In this document: piece by piece, positions 46,477 to 56,440 of the stretch | Position numbering within the stretch: position 1 is the first letter of the stretch | How the letters are laid out: every line of letters begins with the position of its first letter | Assembly: GCA_045627605.1 (NCBI GenBank) | Contig: JAZQOA010000018.1 | Coordinates: forward strand, 1 to 57,159 | From: Kiritimatiellia bacterium | GTDB lineage: Bacteria > Verrucomicrobiota > Kiritimatiellia > RFP12 > JAAYLN01 | Direction of reading: 5' to 3' | Length of the DNA: 57,159 nucleotides | Translations under genes and position numbers: made by a program | The notes under the pieces: generated by a model | What the model saw: only the letters and a program-made list of their open reading frames with translations | Told to the model about the DNA's origin: nothing | The model's database searches: none

Positions 46477-48797
46477 AAATGGCAAAGGCACACATACGTC
46501 AACACAATGGAGCGCCGGCAATCATCGTGGACGGCGTCCCCTGCCCGCCGATGACGATCACCGTCTCCGGGGGCGGCGGCATGGCGCCCGACGAACGCAA
46601 GGCCTACTTCCGCAAGCTCGGCGAATCCGGGCTCAAAATCTTCTACGTCAGCTGCTCGACCCGCTGGCACAACCCCGGGAACGCGGACAAAGGCGTTCCT
46701 GACGGCGTTGCCGCGACGCTCCGCGACATCCGCTTCGTCCTTGACGCCGTCCCCGACGGCTGGGTCATGCTCAGGCTCAACGTGAGCCCGCCCCGCGACT
46801 GGGTGAACGCGCATCCCGAAGAGCAATTCACCTACGGCGACGCGACAGGCCGCCGCGAACACCGCAAAGTCATCTGCACCTCCGTCGGCGGCGAACCCAT
46901 CGACGGCATGCATTCGCTCTGTTCGCAAAAATGGCGGGAAGAAGGCGAAAAGGCCATCGCGGACTTCTTCGGCGAACTTTCGCGACACCCCGAATTCTCA
47001 CGCGTTATCGGCACCTTCCTCTGCGCAGGCGGCACAAGCGAATGGTACTACCCCCACGAACTCCAGACCGCGGACGGCCTCTACGGGGACTTCTCCGAGC
47101 CGTTCCGCGCCGAGTACGAAGCCTTCCTCCGCCGCAAATACGGCACCGTCGAGGAGCTTCGGCGCGTCTGGATGCGGCCGGACGCGACCTTCGAGCACCC
47201 GGCCATCCCCACCCCCGAGGAGCGCGCATTCGTCGAGAAGGCCGACGCGAAGATCGTCAAGGCCCTCCGCGAATGGGAGACCGAAGGGCGCGTCATCGGC
47301 CTCAAGCTCGACATGAACGCCCGCGAACCGACCAACACCGGCGTCTTCCTCAACGCCAACGGCTACGCGCACGTGGCGGACTTCTACACCGCCTGGCACC
47401 TCTCCACCGCGCACACCATCATCCACTTCGCAAAGGCCCTCAAGCGGTTCAGCAAGGATCTCCTTGTCGGCGCCTTCTACGGGTCGTATGGCTGCCAGAG
47501 CTATTTCGACGGCGGCACGGCATCGGGCACGCCCGCGATTCTCGATTCGGGCGTCGTCGATTTTCTCGCCGCGCCCGGCGTCTACAACAACCGGGAGCCC
47601 GGCGGCATCGTCGCGCAACGCGAGATGCAGGACTCCTTCCGCCTGCGCAACCTCATCTACGTCTGCGAGGACGACTCCCGCACGCACCTCTGCAAGCCCT
47701 GGATGCAGCGCGACGCCATGGCGCTCTACACCGTCGCGGACTCCGTCAACACGCTCAAGCGCGACTTCGCCCGCGACATCTGCGAGGACATTCACGGCTG
47801 GTGGTTCGACATGGGATGCGGCTGGTACAACGACCCCGAAATCCTCTCGCTTTTCAAGCGGCAGCGCGAGATCGCGGACTTCGCCTACGCCCTCGACCGC
47901 ACGAAGAAAAACGAAATCGCCCTCATCTACGATACCGAAAGCGTCCACTGCGTCTCGCAATACACGAGCCAGATGGTGCTCGACTTCTACCGCACGTCGG
48001 ACCTCGGCAGAATCGGCGCCCCCGTGGACTACTACTTCCACGACGACCTTGCCCGCGCCGACATGCCCGACTACAAGCTCTACGTGATGCTCAACCAGTA
48101 TTACCTCACGGACGCGGAGCGCGAAGCCATCTACGCCAAGGCGAAGCGGAACGGCGCGACAATCCTCTGGCTCTACGCGCCGGGCTTCATCAATCCCGGC
48201 GCAGGGCGCGTCATGGACGTCGCCAACGTCGAGAAGACCGTCGGCATGAAACTCGGCTTCATCGACAAGACCTTCTTCCCGCACTTCCGCGTCAACCCTT
48301 CGGCGCACCCCGCCCTGGCGCTCGCCTCGCCTTCGCGCCGCTACGGCGTCATCGACGCCGACGTCCACAGCAACATCTGGCTCGGCTCCGTCCTCCAGCC
48401 CGCCTACGCCAACCCCGGCTTCTACATCGACGACCCGGAGGCAACAGTTCTCGGCCGCTACTGCTGCAATGGACTTCCCGCCCTGGCGATGGTCGGGAAA
48501 GACGGCGCGAAAAGCATCTACTGCGCCTCGCACATCGTCCAGGCCGATCTCCTCGCGTCAATCGCCGCCTATTCGGGCTGCCACCTCTTCGCGCGACCCG
48601 GCGACGTCCTCTACGCCAACGAAAACTTCGTCGTCCTCCACGCGAAGGACGATGGTCCGCGCACCATCCGCTTCAAGCGCCCCTGCTCGCCCTACGAAGT
48701 CTACGAAAAGCGCTACTACGGCCACGGAACCGACCACATCGACGTCGAAATGACGCTCGGCCAGACGCTCATGTGGAGCACGGCCGGGCAATGCTGA
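46473..48797 (+). CDS. Putative glycoside hydrolase (beta-galactosidase/GH42-like TIM barrel plus trimerisation-like domain)
   Basis: GGTSEW, GDFS..FR.FLRRKYGTVEELRRVW, VDFLAAP, EDDSRT and WWFDM. Confidence 0.7.
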   Translation: MKMAKAHIRQHNGAPAIIVDGVPCPPMTITVSGGGGMAPDERKAYFRKLGESGLKIFYVSCSTRWHNPGNADKGVPDGVAATLRDIRFVLDAVPDGWVMLRLNVSPPRDWVNAHPEEQFTYGDATGRREHRKVICTSVGGEPIDGMHSLCSQKWREEGEKAIADFFGELSRHPEFSRVIGTFLCAGGTSEWYYPHELQTADGLYGDFSEPFRAEYEAFLRRKYGTVEELRRVWMRPDATFEHPAIPTPEERAFVEKADAKIVKALREWETEGRVIGLKLDMNAREPTNTGVFLNANGYAHVADFYTAWHLSTAHTIIHFAKALKRFSKDLLVGAFYGSYGCQSYFDGGTASGTPAILDSGVVDFLAAPGVYNNREPGGIVAQREMQDSFRLRNLIYVCEDDSRTHLCKPWMQRDAMALYTVADSVNTLKRDFARDICEDIHGWWFDMGCGWYNDPEILSLFKRQREIADFAYALDRTKKNEIALIYDTESVHCVSQYTSQMVLDFYRTSDLGRIGAPVDYYFHDDLARADMPDYKLYVMLNQYYLTDAEREAIYAKAKRNGATILWLYAPGFINPGAGRVMDVANVEKTVGMKLGFIDKTFFPHFRVNPSAHPALALASPSRRYGVIDADVHSNIWLGSVLQPAYANPGFYIDDPEATVLGRYCCNGLPALAMVGKDGAKSIYCASHIVQADLLASIAAYSGCHLFARPGDVLYANENFVVLHAKDDGPRTIRFKRPCSPYEVYEKRYYGHGTDHIDVEMTLGQTLMWSTAGQC

Positions 48798-48818
48798 AAG
48801 GGGCACTTCCCCAACCGC

Positions 48819-49360
48819 TCAACCCTCGACAATCCACTGGCCGAGGTTGCGCTTGTCCCAGTCGAAGGCGCAGCCGATCTTGAAGAGCTTGCGCGGGTCG
48901 GAGGCAAAGCGGTTCGCATAGCCCTTTTCGTTGATTTGTCCAAGCGCCTCCTCCGAGGTGCCGCGTCACCTCCGGCGAGCCGAGGTGACCGAGCAGAGGC
49001 TTGTCGTACTCGTCAAGCAAGAGCGCCATCTTTTTTTCGGGCGACTTCGCGGCCAAGGCGATGATCAACCGGGTGAACGCAATGGACGGGTCAGTCGACG
49101 GCTCGACTTCAACGCCATTGCGAACGGCCTCGTTTTTAAGCAGCTCGATCAGCTTGCCGCGGAATCCCTCGACCGTCTCCGACTGGCACGGGCCCATGTC
49201 AAGCCGCGCGACCGGATACGTCTTCCACTCGTAGTCGCCCGAATCGATCGCCAGTCCCTTGAACAGCTCGCGCCGCCCCTCGAAGATCGACTGCAGCGTC
49301 GAAATAAGCAGAGACTTGCCGAACCGCCGCGGCCGTGCGCAGAAGTACTGGTCCCATACT
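48819..49360 (-). pseudogene. Internally deleted AAA-ATPase / PD-(D/E)XK nuclease gene
   Basis: YFCARPRRFGKSLLISTL...LLLDEYDKP is joined out of frame near 48960 to the C-terminal EALGQINEKGY...KIGCAFD...W*. Confidence 0.8.
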
Positions 49361-49434
49361 TCAATTATAAACCACGCCCTGCTTGAATTTTAATCCACGA
49401 TTTGCTACAATGCCTTCTTTATAAAGGCAAAAAC

Positions 49435-49999
49435 ATGATTACAAGATGGCAGGAACAAGCTCTTCGACACTTGCTTGAGGTGCGACGAGGCGTTCACTTG
49501 ACGGGAGTCCACGTATCTTTCCGCACTCAAGGCGTTGTATGTTTTCGACGAGGTGCCGGCATGGTCTGGCAGTGACTATGCGAAGATCGGGAAGAGGCCG
49601 AAATGGTTTGCATCGGATCCCGGGCTTGTCGCGAATTTGCCGGGATGGGACGAGCAAGAGGCCTATTACGACAGCGACATGAGTGGCAAGCTTATGGAAA
49701 ACTGGGTCTACCATGGGATTTCGTCTTTGAGAAGTTTGTCGCCGGGGCTTGAAGTGAGTCAGCACCGCGATTCAAACAGGCGGGAAGTTGATTTCATCGT
49801 GGAAAACCCAAAAGGAGATATCCTTGGTGTCGAGGTCAAGGCGGGGGCCATGTCGTCTGATGATTTCTCGCATCTTAAGTGGTTTGCGGCAAACTGTGCG
49901 AAACGCAAGTTCACAGGTGTCGTCCTTTATACCGGAGAGGATATCCTGCCGTTCGGGAAAAATCTCTTCGCCGTCCCAATGGCGTGTCTCGCGCAATAA
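49435..49999 (+). pseudogene. Internally deleted AAA_14/DUF4143 ATPase
   Basis: The N-terminus MITRWQEQALRHLLEVRRGVHLTG ends just before Walker A and jumps to KRPKWFASDPGL...GKLMENWV...REVDFIVE...VEVKAG. Confidence 0.8.
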
Positions 50000-50012
50000 G
50001 AATGCCAAAGCC

Positions 50013-50933
50013 ATGCCGAAGATCGCCGCACTTGTCATCGCCGCACTTGTCATTGCCGTCTGGGGCGTGACTTTCGTTTCCACCAAGGCGCTTCTCGCAA
50101 GTTTTTCGCCTTTCGAAATTCTCGTCATCCGCTACGTGATGGGATACGCCGCCCTGTGGTGCCTCTGCCCCGTCCGCCTGAAGTTTTCACGGACGCGGCT
50201 TGAATTGCTTTTCGCCCTCGGCGGTCTTTTCGGCGTAACCCTCTACCAGTTCCTGGAGAATCTGGCGATCAACTACACGAACGCCTCCAACGTCAGTATC
50301 ATCGTGTCGATCTGCCCGATGATCACGGCGCTTTTCGCGCAGTTTTTCCAAGGGCGAAAGGAGGTCTCCCCTAAATTTGTCCTCGGCTTCGCCCTTGCCA
50401 TCGCCGGCGTGACCATGGTTTCCCTCAACGGCATTTCAGAATTGCACCTCAACCCCGCGGGCGACATTCTCGCCCTTTGCGCGGCGCTCTCCTGGGGCGC
50501 CTACTCCACGGCGCTGACGTCTATCAACGCACGGGGACTGAACTTCCTGCTGGTGACGCGACGCCTCTTTTTCTGGGCCATCGTCTTCATGCTGCCGTTT
50601 GTCGCCGCCGGCCTCCCCGCCGCAAGCGGCAACGGGCTCCACATCGAACTCGACGTGGCCGCCAACGCCGCCCGTTTCTCCTCCTGGGCCAACCTCGGCA
50701 ACCTGGCGTTTCTCGGGCTCGTCGCCAGCGCGGCGTGCTTCGTCGCCTGGAACAAGGTCTGCGCCGTCCTGGGTACCGTCAAGGTCACGGTCGGCATCTA
50801 CATGATTCCGGTCGTGACAATTCTCTTCGCCTTCCTGTTCCTCGGCGAAAAAATGTCCGCCATCGGCTGGCTCGGCACCGCCTGCACAATCTCCGGCGTC
50901 TTCCTCTCAGGCCGCGGCCGGCAGCCAAAGTGA
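50013..50933 (+). CDS. DMT/EamA family transporter
   Basis: VWGVTFVSTK, about 10 TM segments, GDILAL..ALSWGAY and LFLGE. Confidence 0.92.
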   Translation: MPKIAALVIAALVIAVWGVTFVSTKALLASFSPFEILVIRYVMGYAALWCLCPVRLKFSRTRLELLFALGGLFGVTLYQFLENLAINYTNASNVSIIVSICPMITALFAQFFQGRKEVSPKFVLGFALAIAGVTMVSLNGISELHLNPAGDILALCAALSWGAYSTALTSINARGLNFLLVTRRLFFWAIVFMLPFVAAGLPAASGNGLHIELDVAANAARFSSWANLGNLAFLGLVASAACFVAWNKVCAVLGTVKVTVGIYMIPVVTILFAFLFLGEKMSAIGWLGTACTISGVFLSGRGRQPK

Positions 50934-51060
50934 TGGCCGGATCACGGCAAACGCCCGTTGCCCCTTCGTTTTTGCCTCAGGCACGCAAAAATTTCAGCGC
51001 AAAAATTTCCATACATTTTAATACTATGCTATCTTGTTATGCGCTTTTCACACGCGCAGA

Positions 51061-51663
51061 ATGACCCAGAAAACATGGAGTGCTGAAGTGGATTCCGGCA
51101 ACATCGTCATCCGCGGGCTGAGGCAAAACAACCTCAAGAACTTGGCCTTGACCGTCCCGAAAAACAAAATCGTCGTCTTCACCGGCGTTTCGGGATCGGG
51201 GAAGTCCAGCATCGTCTTCGACACCATTGCGGCCGAAAGCCAGCGGCAAATGAACGAAACCTACCCCGCATTCGTCAGGAGCAGACTCCCGAAGTACGAA
51301 AAACCCGCCGTGGACAGCATTGAGAACCTCACCTCGGCGGTCATTGTCGAAGTGTCAAGCTGGCGACACAGGGCCGACGCGACCAATCCACAGGGCGCTG
51401 AAGTCGATCTCGTCATCGACCGCAAGGATGATGTCATCAACCTCTGCGAAATGAAATTCCATGCGGGTCCTTTTGTCATTGACAAAAAGTATGCTGCGGA
51501 GCTGGCTGTTAAGCGCCAGGTTTTCCAAGTTGCGACAAAAACACGGAAAAGCCTTTATCTCACATTTGTCACGACAGATGGCCTTTACGAGAACGAATAC
51601 TCTGAATCGATTCAGTCAACTGTTGACCTTGATGCTCTTTTTGTAGATATTCCGCATGTATAG
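51061..51663 (+). pseudogene. In-frame chimera of a UvrA/DrrC-like ABC ATPase N-terminus and an ATPase-associated PD-(D/E)XK C-terminus
   Basis: IRGLRQNNLKN...VFTGVSGSGKSSIVFDTIAAESQR, then from about 51350 GAEVDLVIDRKDDVINLCEMKF, with a visible drop in GC. Confidence 0.8.
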
Positions 51664-51742
51664 TGAAACCTTCATGCCAGTTAGGCATTGTGATGCCACC
51701 CCGTTGAGGTTTGGTAATTGCCACAAAGGAAGATAAGTTATC

Positions 51743-52747
51743 ATGATTCTCACAACTGAACGGCTCATCTTGCGTCCATGGGAAGAAGCCGACGCACCGA
51801 GTCTCTATGAATTTGCGAAGGACGAACGCGTGGGGCCGATTGCGGGATGGCCGCCGCACAAAAGCATTGAGTCCAGTCTGGGCGTCATTAAGACAGTTTT
51901 CTCCGCACCGGAAACATATGCCGTTTGCATGAAATCCGACAACAAGGCGATAGGCTGCGTTGGCATCATGACGGGTAAGTATGCGAATCGCGCACTTGAC
52001 GAAAAGGAAGGGGAAATCGGCTATTGGCTGGGCGTTCCATTCTGGGGGCGCGGACTCATGCCCGAAGCCGTCGACCGGATGATTCGCCATGCCTTCTGCG
52101 ACCTTGAGCTCGACGCGCTCTGGGGCGGATATTTCGACGGGAACAAAAGGTCGAAGCGCGTACTGGAGAAATGTGGGTTCAAATTCCACCATACCTCCGA
52201 GAATGTCCGCTGGGCCCTCATGAACGACATCCGCACCGAACACATGATGCGCTTGACGAAAGAAGACTGGAATACAGATTGGATATTCACTGCTGATGGC
52301 GTGTTGCGCATTGTCAAAATCGCCGACCATCCAGAGCTGAAAAACGAGGCAGCCGAGTGGTACAATTCAAAATGGCAAGTCCCCCTTGAGGCATACATCG
52401 AAAGCATCGAGGCGTCGTTTGGCGCCACGGTGCCGAGCTGGTATCTCTGCCTGGACGGCAAAAGGATTGTCGGCGGCATGGGCGTCATTGAAAACGATTT
52501 CCATGACCGAAAGGACTTGCACCCGAATGTCTGCGCCGTCTACACTGAAAGCGAATACAGAGGCCGGGGCATTGCGGGGGCGCTGCTGAACCATGTCTGC
52601 CGCGACATGGCCGCGCACGGCATCGGCACCCTCTACCTGCTTACGGACCACACGGGCTTCTACGAACGGTACGGGTGGCGCTTCCTTTGCATGGCGCAAG
52701 GCGATGGCGACGAAAAGCCCTCGCGCCTGTATGTTCATGTTTCATAG
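51743..52747 (+). CDS. Tandem GNAT acetyltransferase (RimJ/RimL-type plus a second GNAT)
   Basis: LTTERLILRPW, EIGYWL...WGRGLM and N..S.RVLEKCGF. Second domain: CAVYTE..YRGRGIA...FYERYGW. Confidence 0.88.
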   Translation: MILTTERLILRPWEEADAPSLYEFAKDERVGPIAGWPPHKSIESSLGVIKTVFSAPETYAVCMKSDNKAIGCVGIMTGKYANRALDEKEGEIGYWLGVPFWGRGLMPEAVDRMIRHAFCDLELDALWGGYFDGNKRSKRVLEKCGFKFHHTSENVRWALMNDIRTEHMMRLTKEDWNTDWIFTADGVLRIVKIADHPELKNEAAEWYNSKWQVPLEAYIESIEASFGATVPSWYLCLDGKRIVGGMGVIENDFHDRKDLHPNVCAVYTESEYRGRGIAGALLNHVCRDMAAHGIGTLYLLTDHTGFYERYGWRFLCMAQGDGDEKPSRLYVHVS

Positions 52748-52925
52748 GCTCCCCCTTTCAAATCGCAAGGTTTCCGCAACGCTTTTTCAAGCCCTGCAAA
52801 GCGTCGAAAAGCGACGCGTTGAGTTTGTTGAAAAATTCGCAAAAATATGGTTTAATTAGGCATGAGCCTTCAAAAAGCGCACAATCCGGATTGAAGGCAA
52901 GTAAAAAAGTGACTTTGAGGCATCT

Positions 52926-55900
52926 ATGAACGATTGCATTCATGAACGGGAACAGCGCGACAACCGACTTGACTTAAGCGAGGCATCCATCGTTGCGCTC
53001 GGGGAAAACTATGATTACATATCCGCGATCGATTTTGAAACGCAGGAAGAACGGATATTCAAATACAACCCCGCCTTTATGAATCTGGTTCCGGGCTGGG
53101 ATCGGCTCAAAACATATCATGACAGAATGCGGACCATCTGCGATCTTTTCGTTCATCCGAATGACCGCGACTCTTTCCTGCACGAAACGGATCTTTCCGT
53201 GCTAAGCGAAACGCTGACGAAGGATTCTCCCCGTAAGTTAGTGAAATTCCGCGAGCTGATCGGAGACTCGGTCGTTTACTATCAGGGACAATACACCCTT
53301 CTCGATACCGACGGCGTCAAGGGCTGCGTCGTCGGCTTCAAAAACGTCGATACGGAAACCAGATCGCAGATCTTCCAGCAGAGCGTGGAGGAAACCATTT
53401 CCGACGATTACGAATGCCTCCTGCACGTGGATTTCGAGACGTTGCAGGAAGACCACTACCGCATCAGCGAATATTTCAGCAGTCACGTGCCCGGCTTCGG
53501 GAAAGAAAAGAATTATCTGACAAGAACGAAGCTCCTTGCCGATACGCTCGTCCACCCCGAGGACAGGGAGAGATTCCTGGCGGAAGTCGACCCCGCGGTC
53601 GTGGTGGATAAGGTCAGAGGCACGGCGCCGTATTACGTGGATTTCCGTATTCTCGTAAACGGCGAGATCCATTGGTATCAAGTGAAATTCGTTCACCACA
53701 GCGGGCACAAGAACCATAATTGCGCGGTTCTCGGCATCACGAACACCGATGAATTGATGGCACAGAAAGCCCATAACGAGGCGATCCTCAAACAGAATCT
53801 GAGCATCATCGAAGGCGTCGCTTCCAAATTCGCTTCGGTTCTTTACGTGAATCTGGAAAACGGCTCTTTTACATATCACGTAGTCGAAAAAAACCGCGAA
53901 AAACAGTACGACAAGTACGCAGAGGGCTACCGGACCTTCGACGAAGCGTTCCGGGCTTACGCGAAGGACGTTATCTTCGAAAACGAGCAGGAACGCGTGA
54001 TGGAAGCCTGCAAGTTGGACACCATCCGGAAACGCCTTGCGGAGGAGCCGCAGTTCACAGAAACCTTCCGGGTCATCGATGAAGACCAAACGAAGCTGTG
54101 CCAGGTGAAAGTCGTGCTGGTCGAAAGCGACAACGGCGTGCCGAAGGGTGCTGCCGTGGGATTTTCATACGATGAAGAAGAAGTCGCCATGAACTACATC
54201 GATGAGAAGCTCCGTGCCGAATACGAGGCGCTGTATCTGATCGACCTGGAAAACGATAAATACATGCGTTTGCGGCTTGCTTCGAATCTGAATTTTGAAA
54301 GAAATCAGCACGGCGTATTCACAAAAATCCTTCCCCAGTACGCGTTGGTCGTTCTTCCGGAGTACCGGGAGATCTGGGAGAAATTCGTCGACCTTGATTT
54401 CTTCCGCGCCTATCTCGCGGATACCGACCGCCGCGAACTGGTATACCAGGTATCCGGAGCGAAAATCGAATGGCGTCGCGCCATCATCCAGGTCGTTCAA
54501 AGAAAGAACGGCGTTGCCGCGCTGTTCATCTGGACTTTCCAGCGGATCGATAAGGAACGTGCCGAGAAACTGTCGCTTATGGAGACGATCCAGAAGCAAC
54601 ACGAGGCACTGGAGCAGGCTCTTGAGATGGCGCAAAGCGCCAACCGCGCCAAGACCATTTTCCTCAACAACATGAGCCACGACATCCGTACCCCGATGAA
54701 CGCCATCATCGGTTACACCGGGCTTGCCGCGGCGCATATCGACAGCCGGGAACTCGTGACGGAGTACTTGAAAAAGATCGGCCAATCCTCCGAGCATCTG
54801 CTCTCCCTCATCAACGACATTCTCGATATGTCGCGCATCGAATCGGGTAAGGTGTCGCTGAACGAGGAAGAAGAGAACCTCTCCGAGATCGTTCACACGA
54901 TCCGCAATATCACCCAGTCGGGCATTGCCGCGAAGAACATCGATTTCTTCGTCGACGCGTTTGACGTGAAGGACGAATTCGTCGTCTGTGATAAACTCCG
55001 GATCAACCAGGTGCTTCTGAACGTTCTTTCAAACGCCATCAAATATACGCCGGCGCGCGGAATGGTAAGCTTTAAGGTTTCCGAGCTCGCGGTGAAACCC
55101 GACGGATACGCAACGTATCGGTTTTCCGTCAAGGATAACGGCATCGGCATGAGCGAGGAGTTCCTGAAAACGATATTCGATCCGTTCACAAGGGAAAAAA
55201 CGTCCACCGTTTCCGGCATCCAGGGAACTGGACTCGGAATGGCGATCTCGAAAAACATCGTGGATATGATGGGCGGGAAAATCACGATCACAAGCAAGGA
55301 AAACGTCGGGACCGAAGTCGTGATCGAGTTTGACCTGAAGCTTGCGGGAACGCAGAAAGACAACACATCGGCGGTGCTCGCCAAGCTCAAGGGTCTGCGC
55401 GGTCTCGTTGTCGATGACGATCTCGACGCCTGCCTCAGCGTATCCAGAATGCTCAAGGATATCTCCATGAGGAGCGAGTGGTGCTCCTCGGGCAAAGAAG
55501 CCGTGTTCAGAGCACAGGCCGCTTTCAACGAAGGGGACAACTTCAGCGTTTACATCATCGACTGGCTGATGCCCGACATGAACGGGATTGAGACGGCAAG
55601 GCGCATCCGGAAGGTCGTCGGCGATTTCACGCCGATCATTATCCTGACCGCGTATGATTGGGCGGAGATCGAGCAGGAGGCATACGAGGCGGGTGTTACC
55701 GCGTTTGTCAACAAGCCTCTGTTTATGTCGGATCTGAAAAAGACGCTTGTCCAGTGCTGCGATCCTGAATCCGCGAAATCCGCGCCCGTAGAAGAAAAAG
55801 CCGATTATTCCGGCCGGAAGATCCTCCTTGTGGAAGACAATGAAATGAACCGGGAGATCGCCTGCGAGATTCTCGAGGAATACGGTTTCGCAATGGATAC

Positions 55901-56189
55901 CGCGACAGACGGTACCTACGCCGTTGAAAAAATGGAAAAAGCAAAACCGGGTCAATACGATCTGGTCCTGATGGACATCCAAATGCCCCTGATGGACGGT
56001 TACGAAGCGACGAGAAGGATCCGCGCCTTGTCCGACCCGGCGATCGCGGGGATCCCCATCATTGCCATGACAGCCAACGCTTTTGAAGAGGATCGGCGGT
56101 TGGCTTTGGCGGCAGGCATGAACGAGCATATCGCAAAACCGATCGACGTGCCGAAACTGATCGCCACACTTTCAAAAATATTGAAATAG
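52926..56189 (+). CDS. Cytoplasmic hybrid histidine kinase (four PAS-like repeats, HisKA, HATPase, two receiver domains)
   Basis: [37 protein letters not shown]...IDWLMP and LLVEDN...MDIQMP. No TM segment. Confidence 0.95.
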   Translation: MNDCIHEREQRDNRLDLSEASIVALGENYDYISAIDFETQEERIFKYNPAFMNLVPGWDRLKTYHDRMRTICDLFVHPNDRDSFLHETDLSVLSETLTKDSPRKLVKFRELIGDSVVYYQGQYTLLDTDGVKGCVVGFKNVDTETRSQIFQQSVEETISDDYECLLHVDFETLQEDHYRISEYFSSHVPGFGKEKNYLTRTKLLADTLVHPEDRERFLAEVDPAVVVDKVRGTAPYYVDFRILVNGEIHWYQVKFVHHSGHKNHNCAVLGITNTDELMAQKAHNEAILKQNLSIIEGVASKFASVLYVNLENGSFTYHVVEKNREKQYDKYAEGYRTFDEAFRAYAKDVIFENEQERVMEACKLDTIRKRLAEEPQFTETFRVIDEDQTKLCQVKVVLVESDNGVPKGAAVGFSYDEEEVAMNYIDEKLRAEYEALYLIDLENDKYMRLRLASNLNFERNQHGVFTKILPQYALVVLPEYREIWEKFVDLDFFRAYLADTDRRELVYQVSGAKIEWRRAIIQVVQRKNGVAALFIWTFQRIDKERAEKLSLMETIQKQHEALEQALEMAQSANRAKTIFLNNMSHDIRTPMNAIIGYTGLAAAHIDSRELVTEYLKKIGQSSEHLLSLINDILDMSRIESGKVSLNEEEENLSEIVHTIRNITQSGIAAKNIDFFVDAFDVKDEFVVCDKLRINQVLLNVLSNAIKYTPARGMVSFKVSELAVKPDGYATYRFSVKDNGIGMSEEFLKTIFDPFTREKTSTVSGIQGTGLGMAISKNIVDMMGGKITITSKENVGTEVVIEFDLKLAGTQKDNTSAVLAKLKGLRGLVVDDDLDACLSVSRMLKDISMRSEWCSSGKEAVFRAQAAFNEGDNFSVYIIDWLMPDMNGIETARRIRKVVGDFTPIIILTAYDWAEIEQEAYEAGVTAFVNKPLFMSDLKKTLVQCCDPESAKSAPVEEKADYSGRKILLVEDNEMNREIACEILEEYGFAMDTATDGTYAVEKMEKAKPGQYDLVLMDIQMPLMDGYEATRRIRALSDPAIAGIPIIAMTANAFEEDRRLALAAGMNEHIAKPIDVPKLIATLSKILK

Positions 56190-56440
56190 CGTTTGCAATA
56201 TCGACCCGTTTTTCCTGCATGGCAAAGCATTCCGTCCCGTCTACAAAAATCGACAATACTCGAAAATGGTATTGACAGGAACAACTGCGCCATGCTGACG
56301 GAAAACAGGATGGCGTAGATCCATTTGCCTATCCAAACCGCTCAATCAAAGTATCCGCCGTCGACCTGCTGGCAAGGCTATACTGACCAGGGGACGGCGA
56401 CGTTCCCCATCGGCCTTTCCACGTTAAGCCAACTTCGCAC

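Noticed and set aside
34930-48533. Very long minus-strand ORFs (797, 517, 607 and 511 aa) and alternative-frame Arg-rich ORFs
   Set aside because: Mirror frames of strongly codon-biased plus-strand genes; their composition is not protein-like.
51664-51742. Integron attC site before the GNAT gene (GTTAGGC matches GTTRRRY)
   Set aside because: No matching RYYYAAC inverse core at a suitable distance and no integrase; likely chance.
56270-56390. Short coding-like stretch (…GKQDGVDPFAYPNRSIKVSAVDLLARLY*)
   Set aside because: No start codon and no recognisable family; cannot be supported as a gene or remnant.
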